A stretch of 61,394 nucleotides of DNA, taken from the IMG/VR virus record IMGVR_UViG_3300021139_000014, positions 1-61,394 of that record, one strand, 5' to 3'. Positions 38,101 through 48,000 of this stretch are shown here, piece by piece (position 1 is the first letter of the stretch; each line of letters opens with the position of its first letter). The position numbers and the translations under genes are program-made. The DNA is from a virus (Duplodnaviria > Caudoviricetes). The notes beneath the pieces are model-generated. The model was not told the DNA's origin. It searched no databases and worked only from the letters and a program-made list of their open reading frames with translations.

Positions 38101-38934
38101 CTTACCAGTTAATAAGTCTAATGCTTGCTTATACTTAGTAAGCATATCTAATGGTAGGTCTTCTGGATTAATGCTTGTAAATGATTTTATTTGAGCACTT
38201 AATGGAGACTTATTTCCTTTAGCTGATTTTTGCATTTTTTTAATGTCAGACATCTCATTTGCATAATCAGCTCTTTCTACAACCTTATCTACATAGTCAG
38301 AAAATCTTTTGAATGCAGCCTCACTTGTCCCAACCTTAGCAGCCTTTCTAGCTATTGTTTGAGCTTGTATATTATCAATCTTCCCTTTATCTGTTAGTTC
38401 AGCAAGATATTCAGATACCCTAGCAGCAAATTCTTTTTGATAGCTTTTCTCTTCTGCTCTACCTTCTTTTCTGCCAGCCTTCTTACCTTCTATTTCTCCT
38501 GCTAATTTACCCTCAGCTTCTTTAAATCTTCCTTCGTATTCTAACTCTTTAATTCTATCCTTATATTCAGCCTCGCTAATTTTATTCTCCTCAAGTTGTT
38601 TTTTAAGCTTGCTGATTTCTTTAGCCATATCTCTTCCTTGAGACATTTGACCAGCAAGTAATCCTTCTTGAAAACCTCTTTTAATATTCTTTTTGAAATC
38701 GTTAAATACCTTTTTTAATCCTTTCTTAACTATGTTTTTTTCTTTTGGAAATAAAATATCAAAAGCCTGTTCTGGAGTAGGAATTAATCCTTTGCTTTCA
38801 GGTTTATTTGCATGTTCATCAAATGCAACAAAAGCCCATGTCTCAACGTCATTGTCGCTAAGATTAGGTTTCTTTTCTTTAATACCTTCTTTTAATTTTT
38901 CCCACTCTGGGCCAAAAGGACATAATTCTGCCAT
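35143..38934 (-). CDS. Large internal virion (ejection) protein
   Basis: 1263 aa, helical and charged, last of the large genes after the nozzle. Confidence 0.65.
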   Translation of the reverse strand: MAELCPFGPEWEKLKEGIKEKKPNLSDNDVETWAFVAFDEHANKPESKGLIPTPEQAFDILFPKEKNIVKKGLKKVFNDFKKNIKRGFQEGLLAGQMSQGRDMAKEISKLKKQLEENKISEAEYKDRIKELEYEGRFKEAEGKLAGEIEGKKAGRKEGRAEEKSYQKEFAARVSEYLAELTDKGKIDNIQAQTIARKAAKVGTSEAAFKRFSDYVDKVVERADYANEMSDIKKMQKSAKGNKSPLSAQIKSFTSINPEDLPLDMLTKYKQALDLLTGKVPNPRLMVEMSADIERIKAESKEDKVFDNVKTSEQALDLLNDIHNNKVETIEDYVKIIGDTNKLKRRLNQLLENEDITQEEYDDIASSVAFEQSKFEEKYKDQISKIKDDFINDIRGNKIEPDYEVTPEQKELIDQINSLSDEDLKSLSIEDLYVLNEAMGVANDGYIDVAKFHDVVTSLEAKNSTGIADELSGLKETTVSAAAKKLAKTDITYWASKLGIKANKLGNDFWLKLISPFNKGLADYTKDSKDFGKAVADIFKANKIENQDSHKMGMIVHYLQEYSKKFDERYKNIKDVGTVDEFGLKLNNKDKTRSIPDKVSNFKKLLGYKDTETRMKDAYESIPKGADGMVDLEDVYNDFINGGDKYLTKEQRAALDAVTNLFENNVTDKQEYANSLRGKSLEKVPFYMPRMYYKDKVIPTAASEVGKTPLRIASPFGKERIIKDVMKSDLPMTDFGYLMNTAAKNTFEDYHLTKMLSQARKVINTNLELLRPENKDVLIATEQELGERLKSQLQGVKSDAGQKFVDKLLSATSVKIFFDPIRAFKEAAVGFVTYPIRGKTGFQGYAEVFKGNKISDAVKEFTKSPIRIKENINANFDIDTGKVTTGHGWLQEGAKWLSGFTEAHFNNMIWMPTFRDSFKEITGENFDGNKFISDASYRNKFKKALNDAGSIADQETEEIIGATTTGARRRTVAVPFGQIEASGTIGKIVGFVGGYTNREYESFIKGMKDFKDRAAKGDVGAVSELSKPLGIMAGITMMGYLNNVTSYLQQLAIAKSVGKDDSSADYYKDQLMSKFDKQGAAQELIANMGQLAFSQYGSLGRAMADGLATSAYYAANSNWADKVLTPKENAQIMDWSENIMNNITYHKIPKLETKRGAAVSKVTSQKEIDHLLLQNVAALSEVSSSIVDLAGGMEAAGKLLTKSPNEVPDKEKDTYLALKTSISTLQFVLMLNGYAIPMQNLAERVVNTALEEDNKKNKISKNKF

Positions 38935-38935
38935 A

Positions 38936-39088
38936 TTATTTTTTCTTTTTAGCAGCTGATATTGCTATAGCCACTATTTGTTTTTGACTTCTTGGTTTAG
39001 TTCCCTTGTGAGCTAACTCATGAATATTAGAGCTGATAGCTTTTTGAACAGACTCTTTACTTTTTCCTTTAGCAGATTTGAGTGGCAT
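38936..39088 (-). CDS. Small basic protein (50 aa, absent from the ORF track)
   Basis: MPLKSAKGKSKESVQKAISSNIHELAHKG...QIVAIAISAAKKKK; fills the gap exactly. Confidence 0.7.
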   Translation of the reverse strand: MPLKSAKGKSKESVQKAISSNIHELAHKGTKPRSQKQIVAIAISAAKKKK

Positions 39089-39089
39089 A

Positions 39090-40391
39090 TTACTTTTTTT
39101 TAGATAATTTAATCATTGTGTTAAACGCCTCGATAGCCTCATCAGCACCTTCTGTTTTGATATTCAAATCATATCCTTCAATCAACTCAGCCATCTTCTC
39201 AATCTTTCTCTTACATTCCTCATGGCTCTTACCTACAGCAACTAAACTACCAATAGTAGAAGAGTCACCTAAACGTAATACATGGTATGTTCCGTCAATC
39301 TTAATTGGATTAATCAACTTAACCCACTGACGAATACTCTCTGGGAAGTAAACTGTTTGGTGATTACCACTATGCCATCCTGAGCTGATTAATATTTCCA
39401 TTCCATAAGGGTTATCTGTTTCAGGGTCTACCAACTCTCCATTAGCTCCCTTCCAAATAATGTCCCCTAAATTCTTATATATCTCTTGATATAACGCATT
39501 TGGAGGCAATCCTAGACGCATACAAGGGTCAATAAAGTAATGTTTACCATCTTTGGTAGTTCTTACTTCTGTAGAGAAAAAACCATTGTGGTCATACTTC
39601 TTTAATAGTATTCCGAATTTCTCATTTACAGCCTTATTACCGACACTTAAATCTTTATCATCTATTAACTTACCTGCGTAAGAAACGTCCTTAATTTCGC
39701 ATCCTGTGAACATCTTAGAAGGCAATACACCATCAATAGCATATGCATCTATACCTTCCTCAACCTCAGCAGGAATAGAATCAACCACCACAAACTCACA
39801 AATAGTTTTTAATGGCCCAAGTGTTGACTCAAGGTTATCCAATAAAGGCTCGGATAACTTGTAATTAATATGATGAAATGTTTCAAATGTCTTTCTATAT
39901 TTAGAAATTTTAACATATTTATCTTTGTTCTTTTTAAGGTGCTCTCTTAATGCAGGAAGACCTACAACCTTAACTGTCGGTGCTACATCCATACCAAGTT
40001 TCTTCATCTCAACTGCAGTCTCGTATCTGTTCAATTCAAGACGCTCAGCCTTACCTGAACCAAAACAAGGAATACCTGAAGCCTCTAATAACTCTAATAA
40101 GTCACCATCGTAAATATCTGGGGTAAAGAAACAATCAATCTTATCCATTACCTCAAATAGATTCTCAATACGTTCAATGTTTTTACCATCAAATGTATTT
40201 AGTTTCTTCCCATTCTTCCATTCAGTTCCTATAACGGCTTCTGCCATACCAGGGTAGGCATCTTTCCATTCTGTATAATAATATACTTTCTTGAAGTAAT
40301 CAGCTAGTTTTAAACAGAACTCAAAAAAAAGTCCATTGTCTACACACAATATTACCTTGTCTTTGGCGTTTCCTAAAGTTATTTTTTCCAT
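39090..40391 (-). CDS. PurD-like ATP-grasp enzyme of unknown substrate
   Basis: AERLELNR, EEGIDAY, FIDPCMRLGLPP (PurD has LEFNARFGDPE), LVAVGKSHEECKRK. Confidence 0.7.
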   Translation of the reverse strand: MEKITLGNAKDKVILCVDNGLFFEFCLKLADYFKKVYYYTEWKDAYPGMAEAVIGTEWKNGKKLNTFDGKNIERIENLFEVMDKIDCFFTPDIYDGDLLELLEASGIPCFGSGKAERLELNRYETAVEMKKLGMDVAPTVKVVGLPALREHLKKNKDKYVKISKYRKTFETFHHINYKLSEPLLDNLESTLGPLKTICEFVVVDSIPAEVEEGIDAYAIDGVLPSKMFTGCEIKDVSYAGKLIDDKDLSVGNKAVNEKFGILLKKYDHNGFFSTEVRTTKDGKHYFIDPCMRLGLPPNALYQEIYKNLGDIIWKGANGELVDPETDNPYGMEILISSGWHSGNHQTVYFPESIRQWVKLINPIKIDGTYHVLRLGDSSTIGSLVAVGKSHEECKRKIEKMAELIEGYDLNIKTEGADEAIEAFNTMIKLSKKK

Positions 40392-40416
40392 GTGCTAAAG
40401 TTACTATTTTTTCTTT

Positions 40417-42681
40417 TTAAAGACCTTTGCAATATTTTTTACGAAGGAACTGTTCTTCAGTCTCTCCGATATCTTCATTCCGTTCTCCTGACTTGAGTCT
40501 TCGTTCAAGTTCTTCTCGGTTGTCATTTCTCCACTTTTCAAATCCTGAGAGTTGTTCATCTGGGACTTCTCCGAACCCAAACTCTTTGACAGGTTTTGAT
40601 AATACATCTTTTGGAACTTCGGTGGGAGTTTCTCCAACTCCTTCTCCACTTCTTGAGGTGTCATAATCTTGTTTTGTTTTATTTAAGGCATCTACTCTTT
40701 GTTCAGGTGTTGCTTCCTGATGAAGTCTAGTCTCTTCTTCTGTAGGAGATGTTTTTAATTTGGATACTTTTTGTAAATCTTCTTCAGGTATTTCCTGTAT
40801 TGTTTTATAATTAGTTCCTAATTCTTTATTAACTGAATTTATAGCATGGGTAACATTATCAAAACCCATGTCTTGAACTTTCTTATTAGCTGATTTACCT
40901 TCTTCTGTTTCACCATATTTACTTTTTTCACCTACCTCAATCATAGGCATTTCTTCACCTTCAGAAGGTCTTCTTACAGTAATACCATCTTTTGTAGTTT
41001 CCAATGGTTCTTCCTTGCCATTAATAATATCCTTAATTTGCTGATTTATACCATCTCTTCTATCCTCTAACATCTTTATATCATTTTCAGAATCTGTTTG
41101 GAATGCATCATCAATTGTTTTTTTAACCTCTTGTTTTAATTGAATTTCTTTTTCAATTTCTTTTCTATTCTTAATTAAAGGAATTATTTTAACTTGATTT
41201 TCAGCTGATACATGGTCTGGTATTGTCTTTTTGATTTCTGAATATAAATCTATATTGTTATAGATTATTTTTTTCTCATCAATACCCAATCCATTCTTGT
41301 CCATTAATTCAGTAAAATCATTTTTTATTTTTTGTAATTGCTCAGGTGTTTTAGCACTTGCAACTTCACCTAATATATGATTATTAGTATTTTCAAATAA
41401 ATTAACTGTACTACCAAGAACTCCACTCATTGCTGCACCACTAAAGGATGAGTTTGCCAAATTCTTCCAAAAATGTTCTTTAATATCTTTAGGGTCAAAT
41501 ACATTTTCTTTTTGCATTAAATTAGTAGCTAATTTAGCTGCATCTTTTTCTACCCCCATTGCAGCTCCTGTTACACCCCCAACAACAATAGGCATACCAT
41601 ATCTCTTGGTTACATTTCCTAAACTAGAAACTGCTTTCTTAGTTTCACTTGTAACTAAATCTTCAAATGCTTTTGCAGTATAGGTCTCTCCTGATTGCTC
41701 AATTTTACTTATAACATCAAGTACTACTTTTCTTTTTATATTGTCAAGCATTTTAGGTGCTCCATGGAATATTTTGTCTACAGTAAACTTTTGCAACAAT
41801 CCATTAATAGTACCATTAACTAATCCAAAAAATTCTCTTGAATTAGGGTCTGATTTTAAATTTGAATTTTTAACTGCCTCATCATATTCTTTTATACCAT
41901 CACCATATCCTTGCAAGAAAAATGTAGCACCTCCAGTCAATTCTGCTTGAGCAATATCTGGAATCATTCTTGCTGCTAAAATACCAACCCCTTTTAATGT
42001 CTTCATTGAAAAAGGGTCTGATACATCTATTTCAGATTTTTCACTATCTGGTACCGTAAATTTAACCTTCCCAAAAACATCCTTTTCTAATTCTTGCCTC
42101 ATTTTTCTAGCATCTTCCATTTGTTGCTTAGAGGTCTTATGTTCAATTGGCTGTGTACTTGGAGCACCAACACCAGCTGATGGTAACATTTTAGCTGATA
42201 ATTCAGCCATAGCACCAGTAGTTGATTCAAAACTTTCCATTAATCCGTTCCATAATTGAGCACCAAAATAATAGTTGTTCAACATGTCTTTAGCCATAGA
42301 ATCCTCAAATCTATTTTTAGATGTCTTAGGTTCTTGATTTACATCTGCTTGTTTAGTTTGAATTCCTTTTCTTATATCTTCATAGGTAGATAAAGGCCCT
42401 TTATCCTTAATAGCAGTAATACCTATGCCAGTAGATTTTGGTTCTGGTTTACCTTCAGGTTTAGGTTGTTCTGTTTGTTTTGGCGCAGAAAAAAATTGAT
42501 TTATAAAATCAACCTTACCTTTTGTATATAATCCCTTTTCAGCTAAAACATCATGTAATTTGTTAACAGAATTGTCATTGCTAAATTGCTTACCAAAATC
42601 ATCGTAAGATTTAGTATACAAATTCTTATCAACAAGAGTTTGCCAAAGTTTATATTTATTATCACTTGGTTGTTCAGGCAT
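40417..42681 (-). CDS. Internal virion (ejection) protein
   Basis: 754 aa; N-terminal LYTKSYDDFGKQF and a LYTKG repeat; Gly/Ala-rich hydrophobic helices. Confidence 0.65.
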   Translation of the reverse strand: MPEQPSDNKYKLWQTLVDKNLYTKSYDDFGKQFSNDNSVNKLHDVLAEKGLYTKGKVDFINQFFSAPKQTEQPKPEGKPEPKSTGIGITAIKDKGPLSTYEDIRKGIQTKQADVNQEPKTSKNRFEDSMAKDMLNNYYFGAQLWNGLMESFESTTGAMAELSAKMLPSAGVGAPSTQPIEHKTSKQQMEDARKMRQELEKDVFGKVKFTVPDSEKSEIDVSDPFSMKTLKGVGILAARMIPDIAQAELTGGATFFLQGYGDGIKEYDEAVKNSNLKSDPNSREFFGLVNGTINGLLQKFTVDKIFHGAPKMLDNIKRKVVLDVISKIEQSGETYTAKAFEDLVTSETKKAVSSLGNVTKRYGMPIVVGGVTGAAMGVEKDAAKLATNLMQKENVFDPKDIKEHFWKNLANSSFSGAAMSGVLGSTVNLFENTNNHILGEVASAKTPEQLQKIKNDFTELMDKNGLGIDEKKIIYNNIDLYSEIKKTIPDHVSAENQVKIIPLIKNRKEIEKEIQLKQEVKKTIDDAFQTDSENDIKMLEDRRDGINQQIKDIINGKEEPLETTKDGITVRRPSEGEEMPMIEVGEKSKYGETEEGKSANKKVQDMGFDNVTHAINSVNKELGTNYKTIQEIPEEDLQKVSKLKTSPTEEETRLHQEATPEQRVDALNKTKQDYDTSRSGEGVGETPTEVPKDVLSKPVKEFGFGEVPDEQLSGFEKWRNDNREELERRLKSGERNEDIGETEEQFLRKKYCKGL

Positions 42682-42691
42682 AACTTATGTA

Positions 42692-44308
42692 TTATTGTAT
42701 ACCAACATTATCTAATAATCCACCTTCAGACATACCTAATTCTTTACCCATTTGAGATTTAGATTCAAACTTAGGATTAAGTATATTTTTCATTTTATTT
42801 CTACCTTCAGCAGTACCTACATCTAAATAAACATGTTTAGTCTGTTGTGTTGTAACACCTTTTTCATTAGTAGTTTTTGAAATATATGGAACAGAAACGA
42901 TGTTGCCTTCATTTAAAGATTTTGCAGTTACAACGAAATCAGAATAATCATTTGCATTTTCCTGATTCATTTTTTTAACAACATCAGCAGTATTAACCTG
43001 ACTACCTTTAAATCCTAATTCTTCAATTATTTTATTTGATGCCTTGTAAACACCTTTTTCATCTTTTGGTAAATTTGTAAACTTTCCTTTATCATCCATT
43101 TTAGCACCAGCAGGTAATTTCACAAAGTGTACATAATTACCTTCTGCTAATGCACCAGAGGTATTTATTTTATTTACAAATTCTGATTTAGTATTTTCTA
43201 ATCCAGAACCTAATCTATCTACTAATCCTGATACATTACCTAATTTTTCTAATTGACCTTTCTTCCAAGTGAAAAATTCTTTTTGTTTACCTAATGCTCT
43301 ATTAGCTGCTGCTATCTGAGCTTGTTCTTGAGATGCATAAGTTCCTTCTCCTATCTTAACTGATACTGCATCATAATCATTAACAAATTTTTTCATCGCC
43401 ATAAACTTTGCAGCAGTAGTAGCAACTCCATTTTTTCTTAAGTCTTTATTGATATCAGTAATCCAATTGTCTGGAGTTAAATCTTCAGGTAAACCAATTC
43501 TTTTTTTATCTCCTTTAGATGATGCAATTTTATTAAACTTATTTATAACATCATTAAGTTCTCCATTTTGTTGTGCATCCTGTAAATACTTTTCAGCAAA
43601 ATGCATTCCTTTTTTAATACCGCCTTGAGATGTTATAGCATCCTTAGCTGCATTAAAGTATTGTCCATATACTGGAACATTTTTAACATCTACTTGTCTT
43701 ATACCAGAACCAAATTTTTCAGTAATAGGCATATTTACTGTCTTAGCTTTCTTTTCAAAACCTTCTAAGAATTTATCATAATTTGGAGTTTCACTTAAGT
43801 ATGTATTAGGGTCATCCAATTTTTGTTTTTTAATTTCAGACAATGGCATATCCTTAACTTTTGTCCAAGCCTCTAATGCATCATCTTTATATAAATGAGG
43901 ATTTTCTGCAATTTTTTGACCAAATGTTTTATGCTCATTTGCAAATTCACTAGACTCTTTTGCAAGACTCATAGCAGTTGAATATGCTTCATCTATTTTG
44001 CTTTGATATTGAGACCATTTTTCTGGGTCCTTTTCAATTAACCTAGGGTCTGAATCTCTCATCTTAGTTAAACTTCTCCATTCATTAGTAGCTTTCATTA
44101 TATCATTCATATCACCATGTCTAGCTCCTTTTTGAGCCTCAGCCATTTTGCTTGATGTTTGAGCAAACTCTCTTGCATTTTGTTGTCTATATGCTTTTTC
44201 TTCAGCATACAATTTATTCATGCTATTTTGAAGATTCTTATAAACGCCACTAAAGTCCTGTGGACCATAAGCTTGGGCTATTGATTTTTCAGATATTCCT
44301 AACGGCAT
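42692..44308 (-). CDS. Internal virion (ejection) protein
   Basis: 538 aa, helical, located after the pilot-like protein. Confidence 0.6.
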   Translation of the reverse strand: MPLGISEKSIAQAYGPQDFSGVYKNLQNSMNKLYAEEKAYRQQNAREFAQTSSKMAEAQKGARHGDMNDIMKATNEWRSLTKMRDSDPRLIEKDPEKWSQYQSKIDEAYSTAMSLAKESSEFANEHKTFGQKIAENPHLYKDDALEAWTKVKDMPLSEIKKQKLDDPNTYLSETPNYDKFLEGFEKKAKTVNMPITEKFGSGIRQVDVKNVPVYGQYFNAAKDAITSQGGIKKGMHFAEKYLQDAQQNGELNDVINKFNKIASSKGDKKRIGLPEDLTPDNWITDINKDLRKNGVATTAAKFMAMKKFVNDYDAVSVKIGEGTYASQEQAQIAAANRALGKQKEFFTWKKGQLEKLGNVSGLVDRLGSGLENTKSEFVNKINTSGALAEGNYVHFVKLPAGAKMDDKGKFTNLPKDEKGVYKASNKIIEELGFKGSQVNTADVVKKMNQENANDYSDFVVTAKSLNEGNIVSVPYISKTTNEKGVTTQQTKHVYLDVGTAEGRNKMKNILNPKFESKSQMGKELGMSEGGLLDNVGIQ

Positions 44309-44314
44309 ATTTTA

Positions 44315-45055
44315 TTATTTTCTTGGTCTATATCCCAATAAAGCTCCAGAGTAAGGACTAAAACCAGATTCATCTTCAGATGAAGGTATTAAATCTTGAT
44401 TTAACAAATTTTTACCTTGACTTAATGTTGTTGCAAAATCCTGTTGCATTAACCCCATATTAACAGGAGAACCTTTTTTCTTAAATAATCCAGATAATGG
44501 ATTCTTTTCTCCCATCATTGCTCCCATACCTAATCCACCAGCAACAGCTCCTAACCCTTGAGAAATAGCTGAACGCTTAGCAGCAACATCTTGCAAAGCT
44601 ATATTAGTTTTAAGAGATTGTTTTTCTTGTTCACTCTTAAATGCTTTTTCTTTTTCTCTTGCTTGCAATCCTGCAGCCTGAGTTAATGCACCTTGATTTT
44701 GTCTTTGAGCAGCCTCTTCTTGAGCACCTAATTGTAAAGCACCTTTTTGTCTTTGAGCCTGAACTGAACCAATCATACCAAGTGCAGCTTTTCTATCTTG
44801 AGCAGCATTCATAGCAGCCTGAGCACCTGCTTCTATACCTTGAACAGCAGATTGTCTTGCAGCTCCACCTAGTCCTTTTGTAGAACGCATTTTAGCACTT
44901 TCGTATACACCTGCTATTTCTTGAGATGGTCTATAAGTAGCCATAGCATCAACAGCAGCATTTGCTTTTCGTTTAGCCTTACCCATTCCAATTAATCCTG
45001 TAAGTGCTTGAGCAGCACCAACACCTGCCTCTAACATTCCTAGTCCTAATGCCAT
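44315..45055 (-). CDS. Internal virion / DNA pilot-like protein
   Basis: Gly/Ala/Gln-rich with hydrophobic ends, directly after the nozzle gene. Confidence 0.65.
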   Translation of the reverse strand: MALGLGMLEAGVGAAQALTGLIGMGKAKRKANAAVDAMATYRPSQEIAGVYESAKMRSTKGLGGAARQSAVQGIEAGAQAAMNAAQDRKAALGMIGSVQAQRQKGALQLGAQEEAAQRQNQGALTQAAGLQAREKEKAFKSEQEKQSLKTNIALQDVAAKRSAISQGLGAVAGGLGMGAMMGEKNPLSGLFKKKGSPVNMGLMQQDFATTLSQGKNLLNQDLIPSSEDESGFSPYSGALLGYRPRK

Positions 45056-45057
45056 AT

Positions 45058-48000
45058 CTATAAGTTTCTGTTTGACAATTGGTAACCCAAATATAATCCC
45101 GACAAATATACTAAATTAGTGGCACTATTAGAAAATTTTGTCTCTAACCAAGTACCCTTAAGGTAATCTCCATTGATAACACCACCTAAACTGTTATTGT
45201 CTCTTAACAATGCTCCATGATATAAACCTTCGTGAATTTCATAATCACCCTGAACAAGGTTGCTCATTTGACCAAGAGAGGTATTTACATTTCCAATGGT
45301 AGGAGATGTCCAATAATCAGTAGCATCAATAGTTAAATAATCAAATGTCTTTTTAAGTATGTTATCCTTATTGAATACAAAAGTTATGCTTGAGCTATAT
45401 TGAGTGCCGTAAAAATTATTTTGGGTACTAGAATCGTGAATATATAATTGACCATTCTTGAAGCTTGCAAGCTTATTTTCAAAGTTTAAAATAGCCTCTG
45501 GATTAAAACTATAAAAGCTTGTATAGCAATTTTTAACTTCATTAAATGCCAAAGTATATCCAGTCAAGCCTGTTCCTGGTTGTAATATTGATATAAACTC
45601 ACCATCTCTATCCTTTGAAAAATGAAAGACTCCTAAAACCTTAGCTGAACCTCCTGTAGAATAAGAATGAGAAGAAAGATAGTTTGGCAAATTATTACCT
45701 GAAAATGTTTGCATTTTATACAACTCACTAATAGGCGTTATACCATCCTGAGAAAGTCTTACAAAATAGCCCTTAACAGGGTCAGCAAAATAATCAGCGT
45801 ATCCTGAGGTAGCCAAGCTAGTTGGTTGATTACCAATGCCAAAGTCACCTTCATAGTATCTAATTTGGTTTATTATTTTAGAAGAAGCAACCAAGTTATT
45901 AGTTCCATCTTGGTTTAAGGTCTCCACAGAAAATACAGGAGCTACCCCACACTTCTTATATTGGAATATTCTTAAATCTCTATTGTGAAGCTTCATTCTA
46001 ACAATATCCCCAAACTTCTTATCATAAGTATCTGAGTCTAGATAATAGAATCTATTTGTTCCATTAATACTTGTTCCTTGCTGATATGCCTGAGAATATC
46101 TAACCAAGGTAGAATAATAAGCTTGCTTAGCATTAATATCTACAACCAATGGTCTTGAATTAGAATTAGTTTGTAGATTAAACACATCGCTAAATGATGG
46201 GTCATCTACAACTATATTAATATTATTTAATGGAGTTATTTCAATATTAAATGGAGCTACATGCAAAGCGTTTGAGGTATAGTCATTTGTAAATATTAAA
46301 GAAGCTCTACATCCTGCAGGAACCTTTACAATAGCATCTACATTAATATCAACATTGACATATGGATTGCTATTAGATTGTGGCTGAGGAATGACAACAG
46401 GATTTAATATTTTAGTAAGAGAGTAGTTTGTTGCACTACCATTACTTGCATAAACCTTTACATATATTGATAATGAACCTGTTTTACCTGCATTAATATC
46501 ATTGTTAAATGCAGTAAATGAAAACTTAAATCTAACATTGTAATCAACGGCAGACAAATTACTATAGTTATAATAAGCATCAGCTGAACTAGGGAATTGG
46601 TTATAAACCAAACTAGATACAGTTTGATTGGTACTATGACCTATTATATAGTTTGTTGTTGTTACATCTTGAGATGAGTCACCAATCTTAGGTGTAGCAT
46701 ATTGCACCGCATATTGGTCGATACCCTGAGCTGTAATTAATTTTGGAGGAGTAACCAATACGTTTCTATTTCTATAAAACACATCACCATCGCTAAAGTA
46801 TAATATAGCTGATTGAGATGATGTTTGATTTTGATAGTTACCACTATGGTAACCATTTACTACAGGATACTTTTGACCAAACTCAAAATATGTTTGTTCA
46901 TTAGCTGATGTAGTTAATGCAGGATTATATATAAATATTTCGTAATTCTGATAATCAGGTGTTCCATCAAAAGCAATACCACTTCCAATATCTGATGTAG
47001 GATATGCTATTTTTAAATAAGAACCCTCCTTAACAACGCCAGTCATAACCGGATTTTCTTCTAAACTTATAATTGGATAATCAAAATTACTCGCAGAAAC
47101 ATCTTGACCAACAGCTCCTGTAGATGAATATCTTTTTATAAATTTAACTCTATCTCCCTGAGCAAATGTATATCCTATAACACCCTCGGTAGCCTTGATA
47201 GATAAGTTGTAATCATAAATGTTATCTATTCTTATGTATGCATACTTCTGATTTACAGATACATCCTTGTCTGAAAACGCCCCGCTAGATACCCAGTACA
47301 AAGCCTTGTCTCCGTAAGTCAAATTATTTGTTCTTACAATTTGATAATAAGCAGCCCAACTTGGAGGCGTATTTGTTATTGTTAATTGTCTGTAAGAATA
47401 TAAAGCCTGATTTAATGGGTCAGGAAAAAGATTACTCTTATTTGTTCCTAACTTTAAGGCTGATATAGTGTTTACTCCATTTGTTTTTCCATTTGCATCA
47501 TAGTAAACAATTCCATACTGATAAGCAGCATTTGAATATAAACTATATATTACCTCCCAATTATTATTAGTAAGACTAACAAAATTATATTGGCATTGAG
47601 TGGAGTTTAATAAAGCTCCTGTTTTAGTTATTGTTAAAAAGTTTCCACTAATTGAAGTAGAAAACCCTTTAGCTGATGCAGCACTAGCCAATCCTGAAAG
47701 CAATGCTGAGGTTGTATTGCTAGTTGCAGTATATGTAAAAGATAAATTTGTATTAGATGAATCAGTAGCATTAACATTAAATACTACTCCTCCTCCTGCG
47801 CTATCGTAAATAGATGCAAGAGTTCCTGCAGAGCTGCCAATAGTTCCATCAACAAATATTTTAATTGTATTACTTGCTATTTGTTCAGCACCAAATAATA
47901 AGCCATTTCTACATGTAAATAAAGAACCAGATGATGCGTTTTGAGCTATGGTAGCATTCAATGGGACATTTGCATATCCTTCAGTAATACCACCATAAAT

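Noticed and set aside
39090-40391. Assigning the symbol purD and calling it a purine auxiliary metabolic gene
   Set aside because: The catalytic-loop residues diverge and the gene context is virion-structural.
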